From Basidiobolus meristosporus CBS 931.73 (lineage: Eukaryota > Fungi > Basidiobolomycota): a stretch of 49,080 nt of DNA. The stretch is taken from positions 1 through 49,080 of the forward strand of contig MCFE01000659.1 in NCBI GenBank assembly GCA_002104905.1. Reading direction: 5' to 3'. The notes beneath the pieces are model-generated. The model did not search any database and had not been told where the DNA came from. It saw only the letters and a program-made list of their open reading frames with translations. The translations under genes and the position numbers were made by a program. Shown here piece by piece: positions 22,023 through 36,400 of the stretch; position 1 is the first letter of the stretch, and each line of letters starts with the position of its first letter.

Positions 22023-23042
22023 AGTTCCTAGAAAACTCGGATCAATCTTATATTCGACAAACAAAAGGGCCAAGAGCACTGAGGGAGTGGGGTTGGTTGA
22101 GACTGTGATCTCATGAAGTCTTTGTTGAGGATAGTTGATGGCTATCTAACCACCCCTTAAAGACGAGCAAATAAGTAGGAGACTTGAGGTAATCTACTTA
22201 TTGCCGATACCCATTCTTATGAAGGATTGCCACGATTCAATATTTCTCTCGTTGTAAAAGGACAGCACTACAAACTAGAGCGAGAGGCCTCTCTTGCTTA
22301 CCTTTACTCCTCGAGGTGACGTAAATAAGATAGCAAAGAAAGCTAAAAATAGTTAAATAGGGATTGAACTTCAGTGCTCCAAACTACACGGGATATCTTT
22401 CCCCATTGAGTCCAGATATGATAAGATGCCATTTGATCAGCGCATCTTGGAAAGCCATAATTTGCATTAACTCCATCTTTCGCAATAGACCAATCATCTC
22501 GTGGTATAGAACGTGGAGACAATATTGTTGGATACAGTCGTGTAGACCGATCTTCGCACTTACTCTATTTAGACGGGCGATGGGCAGATAAAGTTGGGGG
22601 TGAATATGGGGTTACAATCTTGGGAAATGCTCAGAAAATATGTTTGCAATTTTGATGTGGGACTGTTACACATTAACGTGTCGTAAGTGTATTGCCGACA
22701 AGTATTACTAATCATTATGGCTCCCCAAGCGTTCATGCAGTTACCAGGCTCCCCTTGGTGCCCTGACTTCGCGCTGTAAATCCCATCTTAGAACTTGCCC
22801 GCGGTGTAAGGAGATATAAATTACGTATCACATACTCTCCAACAAAAACACACTCCGGACGGGTTGTATGTATTTCAATATTTATAACAAACATATGTGT
22901 ATACTGGTAATTAGCAACCAAAGCCATATGTGGAAGCTTCCAGTGGATTTCGCAGGTAACGAAGATCAGTTTAAACAGTGCAGGTGACTAAAAAGGTCTA
23001 AACACGCTTGATAAGTCCTCAAAACCACCGAACCTTACTTCC

Positions 23043-23583
<541 letters not shown>

Positions 23584-26171
23584 CTTCGATAAGTAAGGAG
23601 AAGTTTAGTGGTACGAGTAAGAAACTACAGTAATATATAAGAAGTATTAAGTTATAAATATCGCTAAGAGTATGTTCTACAGTTACTTTGTAGTTCAGGC
23701 AACAAAAGATAAAAAGAGGTGAAGGCTAGAATATAAAGGGTAGTACTGAGTAGAATCCAGATTGGAAATTAAGGAGGCTTAGGAAAGGAGAAGGGTGAAG
23801 TTGGGCTAGGATGCTGCGGTCTTCTGCGGAAAGTTATTATAATGGGAGGCCTTTGAAAGTCACTGAACAATATTCAAGTGGATATCATAAATTACAAACC
23901 TTTCGACAATGTATGGAACGCTTTAATTGGAAGAGTTATGGTGTAAGGAGAAGTCAAGATCCTCTTCAATTTATTAGCATATGGAACGTCATCTTGCTGA
24001 ACACGGATACCATTTGATGGGTAGCAAGTCACATGGGTTCGTGCCGCTTGTTGTTGACATTTACTAGCACACACGTTCAAGCTATGATATATTGACACAG
24101 ATATTACGTTATTGAATGTCCGGATACACCAATACGAAGTCACCTCGCTTTGTTTGACTTCTTATTTAATCTCCTTTCTTGAGTGATTCATAGATGAGAC
24201 TTGCTCAGCCACTGTTTTCGAAATACCATTCTTTGCCATGAACCATGCTACACTGCGATCGTTACATACATACAATTGCAACGAATTGTCAGTAATCGGA
24301 TTGATTCAACATGGTTGATACCATCTCTGGTATTGGTTGGCTCGTAGGTAGGGTTATTATATATGCTGGTAATATAAACTCCGTAGCAGGCACTTGGCCA
24401 TCCTAACTCGGGCAAAATTGACAAACCACCAGAATATTGCGATCTTGAGTCACAAGATGTGGTTATATTGACATATCTGCTGTACATCTGGTAGCGCCTC
24501 CTAGCCAGACCAGTGGCTTAGCCGCAAGCTGGAAATCTAATATTAAATACAGGTGTTGATTCACCCCATGATTGATTATTCCCATACATACTAGTTTGTA
24601 AATGTCTAAGCTCCGGTTACTAATCCGTAGACACCATATTCAACATGCATTTGATTTCAGCTTTACACACCGAAAATGACCTATGCTACTGAAAGCCAGT
24701 CATCAAGCTATCATGGTCTACTGATTTTTTGTGACAACACCAACATACGTTCGGATGTCAGGGGCCTAGGCTATCCAATTCTTCCGGATTCCTGGAGGCA
24801 TTACTAGAAAAAATGGAGTATCCAAATACACATGAGCAGTATTTTAGCCTCATGCCAGACATCTGCCAATTTGGTGTGCTCCTTGTACGCATACCGCTTG
24901 ATATACAACACCAGCTATGACTAGCGATAGGCGGGCAAGATACGCTAGGAAACACTGCTCTACCCCAACTACACCCCTGATCAGTCTGTATGCTGTCACG
25001 TATCCTTGCAAGTGCCTTCAGCATTTGGTCGACCCCTCTGGGACTTCAGTTACCCAATTTGTACCAAGATATGACAGTCTCTTCTCATGCATCCATACTT
25101 ATTCGGGCGATAAGAGTCACTCACCCCACCCTATTGATGACTCGACGCATGCAAGGTTAATTTCTGGGTTATATTCTGCATCAAAGCCCATCCAGCAAAT
25201 CGGCTTCGCGTATATGTCAAAAGAAAAACAATGCGAATGCAGTTCACAATAACCTTGGTGGATATTATGCAGTAAAAAAGCACCATGAAGTAGATCTCCA
25301 GATAATCACGAAGCTTGCAACCATTGACCAAAAAACTCCATCGGAATCTGGCAAGAGGAAAACAATGCAAATCCGCCTTCACATGTACGATTCAACAATC
25401 GATACATAGCCATAATCAACTCGAAATTAGCAGTGTCATCACATCAATAATACCTGGATACTCGATACAAGGACCAACGCTTGAAGGTGATAATTTATGC
25501 AGATATCTTTCCTAAAATAATTTGCCACTAAATTTCGTCCTAATGCAAGTAACACAAATTTCAGGTGTTCCAAATTACCAGTAAGCCTCGCTTTGATTGG
25601 GCGTACGGGCTGATAAAATGATATGCATATACAATAATCAAAAACAATCATTTGATCATACATTGAGATTTACTTCAATAAGTACCCATCACCAAAGGTT
25701 TGAGTTGTTGACTCTTTGTTGGTTTTGGTTTAGATTTTGGTCTTGCTGTGCTCTTTGAAACCGTGTATCAATAGCTTTTGCTCTTGTTTAACGTCAGGAC
25801 ACTTCCCTCCAGGGAAAGAGAACCGTAAGACGCAGGCCTTATAATACACTCTTAGTTCGCGCATTTACCTTTCTGATACTGCTTTGAACTATCTTATGTC
25901 GACCATTGTTCGTTAAACCAACTGTCATAGTTTCACACTTCAGCACCATATAACACAGTCGTTAGCTTTTCTCTCAAGGGATTTTGACTCTTGCTTAAAA
26001 CCAGCAAAACGTTCGTGGCAGGTGCACAGGATACAGCGCCGATATTTAACATAATCTTCCCGCCTTAAAGTAACAGAAACTTGCTTCATATTGAGCATTC
26101 TGACTACACTTTCAAGCCGATAGTAGCTATTGTCCGGAAAGAGTCCATATACTCCTCACCGATTGCTCGAA

Positions 26172-28566
26172 ATGTTCGATACATCACGACTTCTAAGCTA
26201 CCTCTCTAAACCAATTGAACTTCCTAACTCTCTGTGGTCGGATATAGATTATATCCCGAATGAGACGCAGTCACTATCTCCTGAAGACAGAAGCAATTTA
26301 GAGGATTCTGCTGCTTCACAAGCCTCCGGACCTACCACTCCAACTCCCAATTGTACAAAACTTCAACTTTTTTCAACCGCGACAGAAGATATGGACACTT
26401 CTATGGGACTACTCACCAATGATCATTTTATGGTGTCTTCACCCGTCCCATTCCACCACGAAGTTGCTCAGTCAAACACGCTGTCACCTCTTCCTTCCTC
26501 ACGCACTTCAGAGAGCAACCGCATCAAACTCAAAAATAGCTCTTCCAATCCGCATCTTCGTGCTGCTAATCATTTCACTGGCCGACGTTCATTACATCCC
26601 GTTGCAAGTTCGGCTTCACTATTCTTGCCTCGCCCTCTAGTCAGTCGAAGCAAAGGCGAGGGCTCTGCTCTCAATACTTCTACTCATACCAAAAAGCACA
26701 GCTCTGGCGCCTCATTCGATGAAACTCTCTTTGCTCGTCGTTTGCGTACAAATCAACCAACCTCAGACCAACCTTGTTCTTGGTTTTTAGAGGATGGAAA
26801 AGATGACTGTAGTTTAGATCTGGTCAGTGATGATTCACCTATCTCTACACCTACAATCTCACCATCAACCTCACCTCTACCGCAGACTTGTCAATATGGT
26901 GGCCGAAAACAATGTGACAGAAAAAACAGGATAGATGGCGATGTCTATCTTCGTCGCTCAAATGATCAGCATTTCCCCAAATCTAAAGGATCTCCTCAAA
27001 CTACTGAAGCGGTGAAAGTAGTTCACTCCACCTCGTCTAGCGACTCGGATTGGTGTAATGAGCTAATGGACGGTCTAGATTTTGGTGCTAGCGATGAATG
27101 GATCAGCACTTGCGTGAATAAGCCAAATTGTCACCAAAACTTGCGATTTTCTACTTTTGGCGAGGATAAATCACTCAGGCCACCACTACCTTTTAATCAC
27201 AAGATACAGTCAAGAAACACCTCGAGTCCTGTGGCTAACAATGCGAAAAGCCCAATACGTCGGGTCGATTCACCACACTCCTTAAAGCTCGCACAGAACT
27301 CAGACAATAATGATCCCAAATCCGGCCCACGTCTTCGCAGAGTCACAGCCTCTATCAAAAACACGTTGTCCCTAAACCCAGCCAAGCAATCAATTAAAAG
27401 TGATATATCTCCGCCTAAAGTAAAAGATGGTTACCCAACGACCCGCGAAAACTCAAGATCAGACTCCAGAAACACAACCTTGGTTCGTCCGCAACATTAC
27501 CCATCTAATAACAAGAATGCCTTGGTTGCTAGTCCTCGAACTATTGCAGTAGAACCTAAATCAAGTAAGTGGTGATAATGCAAGAGGTTGACTTTTGTAT
27601 CTGGCCCTTACTATAGTTGCTACCTTATTTGTTACAGATACGACAATTCTTCGGCCTTTTTTGAGGAAAAGCCCGGCTGCAATCCCGAACAAGACCCGCC
27701 AACCAACCCATTCAATTTCAACGAATCAACAGACGGCTGTTCACAGAGGACCCCCGTCAGATACACTCGGCAAAATTAGCAACACCAATCCTTCACGTAG
27801 TGCCAGCAGAAAGTCGTCTTTATCTAGACCAAATCTAGCTCAAAGCAGAACGCCACTTTTGAAAGGTGAGGAGTTGTATAAAGACTATCCTGTATTATCA
27901 ATGGTTAATTTTTGCGCAGAGCAAACGCGCCCTAGCCATGGTCCCCCAGCAACTCTAAAGATTAACACTAGCCCCGAAACGGCAACGAAACTACCAAGCA
28001 AATCCCCTGGCAACAGTGAAACCGTTACCAAATCCTCTCTTAGCGGCTTACTGTCTCCGACCCGACCTGGTCTGATACCATATCCGCACAAAGAAAAAAA
28101 GAAGGCACATATAGTTGGCAATATGCAATTTGACCCAATAAAAATGTGCTGGAACAGTGTCAATGGAAATGGTAGCGAGCCAAGCGAAGAGGATGATCCA
28201 TTTGCAGATTTCTCGTCCGATGAAGAAGATCCAATATTCTCAAACATCCATGGAGCTCTGGAAGAACCTGTTGAAGAATTCATTGTAGGTACTGAGTTTC
28301 AGCTCAGCGCACACGAGCTACGCGGGATGTTCAAAACCGAAATCGAGCACAAGTCCTCTATGCAAAGATGGTACGCGAAAGCCGACCGGTGCACCAACCA
28401 TGACCGGATTGGTTTGAAAAACCCAGTGGTACGTAGAGGTGATTTGTTAGATATTCGCCTGGTAAACATTCACATAAGGTATCCATTACGGAATCGTTTT
28501 AATAACTCCATGCATTCCTAGACTTGGCCAGATCGTTTTGCGTCGAAATCATCACAGCGAGGCTGA
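26172..28566 (+). CDS. Large Ser/Pro-rich protein, Byr4/Bfa1-like (septation/mitotic-exit GAP scaffold) by its C-terminal motif; start and last exon tentative
   Basis: Exons 26172-27564, 27638-28461, 28522-28566 keep frame (GTAAGT..CAG; GTAAAC..TAG). The C-terminal IVGNMQFDPIKMCW...EEDDPFADF...FIVGTEFQL...EIEHKSSMQRW resembles, from memory, the VVGGMVFDPQRMCW...DPFAG...VGEEFDV..W block of fungal Byr4 homologues. Confidence 0.6.
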
Positions 28567-29623
28567 ATTGTGATATGAGATGACAAGTATGCACTGAATT
28601 CCTTTCAACCGCCACGTACTATTTAAAGAATCAATTTTTTGACTTGAACATTTATTCTTATCCCTGGACAAGAAATCATGTACCATGTAGGAATGTGGAG
28701 AGGCAGAGAAATGAAACGCAGGAGTTCACCCTTCTATGCACTCTCTTTATTAAATGTGACCGTTTTCCAATTCGTTATACTCGGGTATATGAAAAAGAAA
28801 TGGCTTGTTCGATGGGAATGAATGTCCATTCAAGATTCGTGAGATTCTTCAGCAAATATTCTTATGGCTGAGAATGTACCTGCTTTCGGGTTTACGAATT
28901 ACGCACCAAATGATAATCTTGGACAAGAATAGGAGTGATTTGGGATATATTGTCGCAACCTAGACAATCAAGAAATGTCGAATATTCACAGTCTGATGAA
29001 AATCATTGGAGCTCCAACGATCCCTACCCACTGCCGGACTGCTTCAAGCACACTTAGGCATACAACCAATCAAGTAGAACAGAAAACATGTTTGGATCAG
29101 AAAACGCAAACCCCATTATGAAGTGTGTAGTTGACCAAATCTGATCAATCAACACATGTATGTTGGTCGTGAGGAGTCGTACTACATGCTCAAGAGATGG
29201 CTTAGGAAATTCTGAAGCCTGCCCATGTTACTTCCGAGACAGCATCAAGGCAGTCGTATAAATAGGTTGATACGTGGTGACCTAGCGAAATCAAGTAACA
29301 AATAATAGAAATGACTGGTAACAGTAAGGGTAACACCAAAGTCCAAGGCATTATCGATGCTTCTTTTTCTTGGTAATCAACGAGCTTTATTACTATATCG
29401 AGTCCAGCATCCCTATCCCAGAATTTAGGTCTCGAATCAGCCCAATATCATGATGTTCGAACATCAATAAATAAACTTCGAAACCATCCTACAGCAGACA
29501 TGTGTTATCTTGTGGTATTTCATTCTTCCTTGTATGCTCGGTATACAAATCAGGAAAGTTCAATCGACATCATCATCAAAGCGGATTTGTTATCGGCGTC
29601 CATATACAACGAAGATAAGCCCA

Positions 29624-29695
29624 TTTCCGTCGCCCATTGACTTTGAATTTGATGGGACGGATGGATCTTCCATCATGATAAGCAATCGTGTAACC
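29624..29695 (-). mobile_element. Possible relic of a Gypsy integrase C-terminus
   Basis: GYTIAYHDGRSIRPIKFKVNGRRK resembles the NYxLxxxDG...FKVNGxRLK tail of Gypsy integrases. Short and isolated. Confidence 0.25.
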
Positions 29696-32255
29696 TCTGT
29701 CCCCTTTTTTGGAAAGGTGGCATTTGACGTTAAGGATTCGACAACTCAAATTACGTTAATCCTTGATGGCAAGGCCTCAACTCGTGAGCGGTAAGCCACA
29801 TGCTAATTAGAAAATTCTTGCTGATATCCCTTTTTCGTGCCCTGCCTAGCATACGTTGAGCAATTGTTGAAATTTTTAATCAGAAATTCTTAGAATTCTG
29901 GCAACATCTAGGCGGCGACCGCCTTGGCTATCAACTCAATGTCAACATCAACCTTTTAGGTTAGCAGAGGTGGGTGACGTCAAATATATCAACGGATGGG
30001 CCCTGTGGGGTTGTAACGACCGCCTTCAACCCATAGGGATGCAATCGATGATTGGGCGATGGCGCTTCTTGGTAGGGAATACCATTCACCATGCTGGATT
30101 CGCAGCATCCACTAATGCCTGATTCCAGTGGGTCACAGTGACTGTTGGCTCTGCTAAAAGCAGGGTATGTGCTAGAGCAACTATCCAGGCTAGGCTTGAA
30201 GAACATATATACCCAACGTTAAATCAGATCACGGATACACAAGAATTATAAATCCGCGGCATGGCGATGTCTTTTAGCCAATCTAGGAAATGATATATCT
30301 TCCCTCCTGCAACACCTCAGCAGCAATCTAAACCGGAACTGATGAATTCTCGTTCCTCCTTCTGACAACCACTCTTACGTGTGCGGTGCAATATATTGCT
30401 TTAGGAAGGATCATTTGATCATGGCATCAGGAAAGCATCAAGCTCACAGGTGCATCTGAATTGGTCGAGGCGATGTTGTCGTCTACCAGAGTCCAATTGG
30501 ATTATTTCTATTGCAAGCACTCAGCGCTGTTTGACAAAACGGATTAGTCACTTCTAACAGGTTTGTGGGAATTAGCATCAACATCCACAACAGTTCTTTT
30601 AATAAAAATTCCTTTTTTATCCCTCCGGTGGTAGATAATCAAGATATCTATGAATAGCTACATTACCACATATTTGTCCTCCGTACACAGGAAGTTTGAG
30701 TGGTGTGCATCTTGCTGCATTCCCAGCAACACACACTCATGGTTTAGGCTGTACCTTGTGTGTATTGCTTGATTTCAAGAATTACTGATCTGGTGTCGAG
30801 GTTCCGCATCAGAGGTATCCCGATGGGGGTTATGGGCGACGGCTGTTTGGGAGAGCCAAGCAATTGCGATACATTGGCAAGGCTGGCTTCGGGTAAGGAT
30901 GTCCTGGCGCACCCACACCAACTACATGCATGCCACGGCCAGGGCTGGGTATATTGTACATCCACACATTGCTGTTGCCATCAAGGGCCACAGAGCATCT
31001 CGGCAGAAAGGAGATGCAAGTGAAACTAGCAATCTCCTATTTCATTAAATTAAACATTCCTACCGTTGCTACATTAAACCAATTCTACCTAATGGCAATG
31101 GTTAATGGTTTTGGTTTCACTACAAACCTATGCCCAATATGTAAATGAAAAATCTTGCGAGCTCCATTCGAGCATGTGAAAGCTTATCCGTTGATCTCTG
31201 AGCTTATCAGAGCCAATCATGCACATTGGATCCCAGTTGTTGGTAGCATCTCCATATAGAAAACTCTGGGGTCTAGATGGCATGCTGACTTGATGGAGTA
31301 GAATGACTCACTGGTGAGCGGACAATCTGCTCACCACATGCCTTCGAGCGTCAACTTGTCGAATGTCATGCAGCACAGCCAGGGATGCTATGTACAAATG
31401 ATGATAAACAAGAAAGCCTGCGCGTGTAGCAACGAGGGGAGGGTAAGCATATGATTGGGTTTAGCCTTGGAATCTTAATCCCCTTGGCATGTTTGGGCCG
31501 AAGTATATTTAACAAGAGCCTCACTATTGGATTCACTCCTGGAGCGAGCTATTGGCTGTGCACCAGCGATCCATGATCGATACGGCCATAACTTACAATT
31601 ATGAACAATGGCTGGGATTAGTCTTTGATCCAAAGGCTATTGTTACGGGCCTGGCTGCTTGCGCCAATGAATAGCCAGGGCACCTCTATTAGCCTGGCTT
31701 ATGGTTGGTTTATCTAAACCGGTTCTTGTGTTTCTAACCATACTCTGAGGTTTAGATCTATATTAAGAAATGCCCATATATTGCGTGTTGTGTGGGTCTG
31801 CTGCTGTGATTGGCCCAGTGGTGCGCATGGCATTTGATATTGGCACACCATCTGGAATATCTGTTCGGCCTTTTTTGCATTTTTTTTCATACAGCCAGAT
31901 TTGTTGCAGGATGGATTCCTATTTAATCCCACACCCGTTTTGCTGAAATGATCCGGCTTTCCGCCTTTTTCCTCTCAGCATATCATGCTAGATTCTTTTA
32001 ACGCATATACCGAAGTTATTTTACCTTCCTCAGCTTTAACTATCTCTCCTTTCGTTACCTGCTGCGTTTCTCAAGTATTCTGTGTCGCCCAATATACCTC
32101 GACTGACGGTGGCTAACTACAACTATAGCTCATATATATATATTGCTGGACTGTCTGCCTGATTCCTTCTCTTACTCTGCTTCTATTCCAAGCCTTATTT
32201 TTTGGTTTTTATTCCTGCTGAACCTTTTTCAAAGCCTTACTTCCAAATCATAACT

Positions 32256-32898
32256 ATGACTCTTCCTGCTTCCGTGCGTCTCCAATCTCAACCACACAGA
32301 TCTGTCCTCAGTACTGTGGTCTCCTTCATTGAACACAAGAATCTACGCTTTCTTATCCTTGATTGTCCAACTGATTCGAACATCCATCTTTATCTTAAAG
32401 AATTCCGGAACTTCAACGTCACCCATGTTGTGGTAAGTTTGAAGCAAAGCTCCCTTACTATGGAGTGGTCACTAACCCTTCGTTCCTGAATAGCGTGTTT
32501 GTGAACCTACCTATCGTACCGAAGCCTTGACCAGTGCTGGTATCCAAGTCCATGACTGGCCGTTCCCCGACGGTGGTATTCCACCCGCCTCCCTGGTTAA
32601 AGAATGGGTTTCTCTGGTTAATTCGTGCGCGAACTTCTCCAGCTCAGTACCCGAGACCATTGCTATTCATTGTGTTGCCGGACTAGGTCGTGCTCCAGTT
32701 CTAGTGGCAGTTGCGCTAATTGAGCACGGTATGGAAGCATTGAGCGCCGTGGAATATATTCGCAAAAAGCGTCGGGGTGCTTTCAACAACCGACAAATCC
32801 AGTACCTGGACTCTTACAAGAAGACTAAACCATCTATGGGATTCAAGATCTCGTTTAACAAGATGTTTAAGTTCTCCAAGAAAATTGAAGTCAGTTGA
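32256..32898 (+). CDS. PTP4A: PRL/PTP4A-family dual-specificity phosphatase, 193 aa
   Basis: Exons 32256-32432 and 32494-32898. [18 protein letters not shown] (back-door Cys), DWPFPDG loop, [15 protein letters not shown]-loop with the PRL-typical Ala after Arg, RRGAFN. Confidence 0.95.
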
Positions 32899-33299
32899 CT
32901 CTCTCGCCTATTTCATAAGCCACGATCGTCCATGTCCAGCCATCGTCATAGGTCACTTATTCAGATCCCATCAGATTGTATCCATTGTTTGAATGATAAA
33001 CTCCACCCCATCTCAAACATGGATTGCATCATGGAAATTTCCTTATTGACTTGCGCTCGTTGCACACCACTTTTCGATTTTACCAAGACGATTCTATTCA
33101 GTTACCCATTTTCTATGCTCGTATCTAGGCTGCCTTTCGCCAGTGGCAAAGCTACGATTTGCATATCAATTCCTTCAATAAATCTCCAGTCAAACGAGTA
33201 TCCCATTCCTCATCGCGTAACAAATAAGGCATCTAACTAGCCATAGTTGTGTTATGATACCTACAAATCGGGATTCCTGGGCAGCCCAACCAGCCAGTA

Positions 33300-34030
33300 A
33301 GCAAACTTAAAACAGGGGGCGGCCAAGATAATGGCCCAACCAGGATTCATCGATTCTATGGACGCCTTGGTTGGTACCTTAGTTAAAGTTCAGTATTTGG
33401 CTATAAATAAACAGACTGCCGTCTAGACCTAGTGGAGCAGCCAATTCAAATAGATCGAGGCGATTGATATTTCCAGCATATCTTTCTATAAAAGGATGAT
33501 GATCCCGATCATTTGCTGATATCTTCGTGTATCATGTCCATCTAAATTGCTGATGTTTAGGTCGCTTTCGTGGGCGACAAGTTTTGAGGAATAATGTGTA
33601 AATTGGATTCAAGCCCATCAGAGCTTACGGCATCGATGTTGGTGTCACTAATTGTAGTGGCCTCAATCCTTGACCCTCACAAGCCTGCATAATGCACAAC
33701 CAAAATTTCAACAACGGAGAAAATGATGGAGACCGGGATTGCACATTTCGAGGGAATCAAATATTTGAGTTATGCTTTATGGAGAGCAATTAACTGTGCC
33801 CTGCTTTATAGTGGTTTGTCAGAGGGTTTGTGTATCCCAGCTGTAGTACGCTGGGAAATTTCGTGGTCCTTTTCTTTTCGATACTGGTATTGGTCTTTGT
33901 GAACGTGGAGGGCGCACCAAATGGGATTTCGATAAAATCCGTATGGTTGTGATGCACACTCAATCATTCCCCTCTTCTCTCACTGGGTTGAAATCTCGGG
34001 GAGCTGGTGCCCTTAAGATACTGCACGGAT
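33300..34030 (-). mobile_element. Decayed Ty3/Gypsy reverse transcriptase/connection fragment
   Basis: Motif remnants in the correct order: PVREEGND*VCITT / FIEIPFGAPSTF (33901-33927, cf. MPFGLxNAPSTF), PSKC..VEILVVHYAGL*GSRIEA (~33750, cf. KCxF..VEYLGH..KIEAI), SFYRK (~33490), ILAAP (~33320, cf. LxxAPVL). Stops and frameshifts throughout. Confidence 0.6.
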
Positions 34031-35739
34031 ATTTCCTTTTCGTTCAAACTGCCCGCACCTACGTATCCGTATGCTACACATTACACAAACCCATTACAAA
34101 CGTTTCACAAGCTTTTGTCTAAACCAGGCGCGTAATATCATGAAAAAGGACAATGGCCTGTAGTAATATGATGTCAACATGGGTCCATTACCAAGCTATC
34201 AGGAAATCGATACCCACAGATAAACTGATGACTGGGTCCCATACAACGAAGCCAGAACTCAGCAATCAGAAATTGAAATCAGCAGTGGCTAGTGAAATAC
34301 ATGGGCCTTGACAATGGTGCGGTACTTTATCACACGGCTTCAGACGCACTAAACGAGTAGTTTCATGCTGATTTTAGGTTTTCTTCTCAGGTTGTAAGAT
34401 ATTGAATAATTGTAGTAATCATCAAATTGGTAAAGTGAGTGTCTAAGAGTTTAACCACATCGCCTTCCCTAAAGCATCATTATCATTCAATTAAACAGTG
34501 TGCAAAATGTTGCTTTGTATAGCCTGATAAAAACTCCCTACCCAGGGATTAAGACCAACGGACATTAAATTAATGGGTGATTATGTTGGAGCCAGGGCTC
34601 TATTTGAAAACATGTCAAGTAGTGAATATTCTTTATTTGTGATATCAAAAGGATGGACTCTAGATAATTCTAAGCTAGAGTAGATTACGTAGAGGAGCAA
34701 TGTATGTATAAATGTGGCCTCGGCGGTACCAAGGTCTCAAAGATGAATACATTAACCAAACATACCATGGGGGGGGGTAGGTAGACTTCAGCGAGTTGCC
34801 TTTGCACTTCATCTGTTTTTACTATATTTAATAGCTAGCTTATATGTCCATACATGGTTTTGTAGCATACCGGTACTTGGGAGCCACGGCGTTGTTATGA
34901 AGTGGAGCACACTCAATCCATTTAATTCATCACCCACTAGTGTGCATGGCCTTAGTGATACGGGTTCTATTTTAACCAAGAATTGTTATCTGTCCAGCAC
35001 CTAATGTTGCATACGCTCTGGTTTAAGACTTGCTATGGATTATACATAAAGCGTTGACTTGGTCATCAAAATAAATAGCTTCTCTCACAATTCTCGATCA
35101 CGTTAGACATTTCACTACTGTTGCTGTATAACACCGGTAGACCTCATATCGTTTCATTCCATTTCACAAATTTTACTACACTCCTACCGAGGTTTGGAGC
35201 CCAAAATTCACACCATCAAAAATTCGGCTTTTCCGGTCCCTGCTTTTTGGCTCCACCGTTCTCAGGTTACAGCATCAAAAACTTCACTTGTAAATAGGAT
35301 GCTTAGGGAATATGTCGGCTCTGTAGAAACCGAATACGCGAGCTTGGTTGAGATATACTATGTAAGGAAAGGTGCTTGCGTTTAATAGTGACTTATTAAT
35401 AGCTTAGGCATGATCTGTGACTATATATCATGTGAAACGCAAGATGAAGCTCAGATACAATGTCAAATCGTCTTGATAATGGGTGTAGACACACATGAGT
35501 CAAGAGAAGTTAGATAATATGCCCTATAGTTACGATATTTCAGATGATAGCCTGAAATAAGAATGACATTGTCTCTAGTTCAGTAGATTAATGCCTGTAA
35601 GAGTAAGTGCTTGCTAGATAACTAAATGCAAGGTTGTGATTACTCCGCCATTGGCTGCAAACAATTGTTGTAGAACTTGAAGTAGTAAAGAGTTGTCAGT
35701 TTGCAGGCGATGTGGAATATTATAGGAAAATGTGACAAA

Positions 35740-36400
35740 TGTTTAGTGTTGTTGCAAGAGTTTTGGGGAAGTGATTGGGGGAGCAAGTAGATTATGTAAT
35801 TTTCACTTAATAATCTATTGAATATAAAAGTAGTATTGAAATTTTACCTAGTCTTGGCAAAAAAACACATACAAAAGGCTCCGAAGGGTATGTGTGCAAA
35901 GTTTGGGGACCTTTGGACAACTTTGAGAATTTTCTTGTTCTGGGTACCTGATGTTTTGGTGAAATATTACAAGTAAATCCAAACAAAAAATTTGGGCAAG
36001 ATATTCCACGATCCATAGATTATGATGTAAGTGACTGAGTTAATGGAATATCTAGGTGCAATTACGAAATTTAAAACAGGTGTGTGCTTGTTTAGTATGC
36101 AAGACTTAGATTATGGAAAGAATTAGAAGGATGTGTGAATGTTTTTGTGCTCTTGGGTCATGAAAATTTAGAAGGGCTAATGGGATATATGAGAGAATAA
36201 CGCTGAGTGGAAAAATAAGATCCTTCAACCAAGTGACTATGGAGAGATACCCTGCTATGATAATGTTGAAAGGTATTAGACACCAAATATATCTGAGAAA
36301 GATGAGGAAAATGAATCTCAGGATGAAGAGCTCCCAGAAATACTTATTGCAATAGATGTGTTATATGGTGTTGGGCCAAATCAAAACCAGTCTCGATGTA
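35740..36400 (+). pseudogene. Second, opposite-orientation copy of the decayed family at 9150-10320
   Basis: TATGTGTGCAAAGTTTGGGGACCTTTGGACAACTTTGAGAA (35889-35929) aligns with the reverse complement of ~10085-10122. Similarity extends over roughly 35740-36070. One + frame reads GYVCKVWGPLDNFENFLVLGT*CFGEILQVNPNKKFGQDIPRSIDYDVSD*VNGISRCNYEI*..LWKELEG, followed by an acidic patch SEKDEENESQDEELPE. Confidence 0.55.

Noticed and set aside
22384-22612. Stop-free ~75-codon minus-strand frame (LPIARLNRVSAKIGLHDCIQQYC...)
   Set aside because: No start or convincing acceptor and no motif; the length is within chance expectation.
24500-25660. Possible LINE or RT relic (EHLKFVLLAL and similar)
   Set aside because: Only isolated 4-6 residue resemblances, no YxDD, and inconsistent strand.
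31578-31600. TACGGCCATA resembling the 5' end of 5S rRNA
   Set aside because: No continuation into 5S box A/C sequence or structure.
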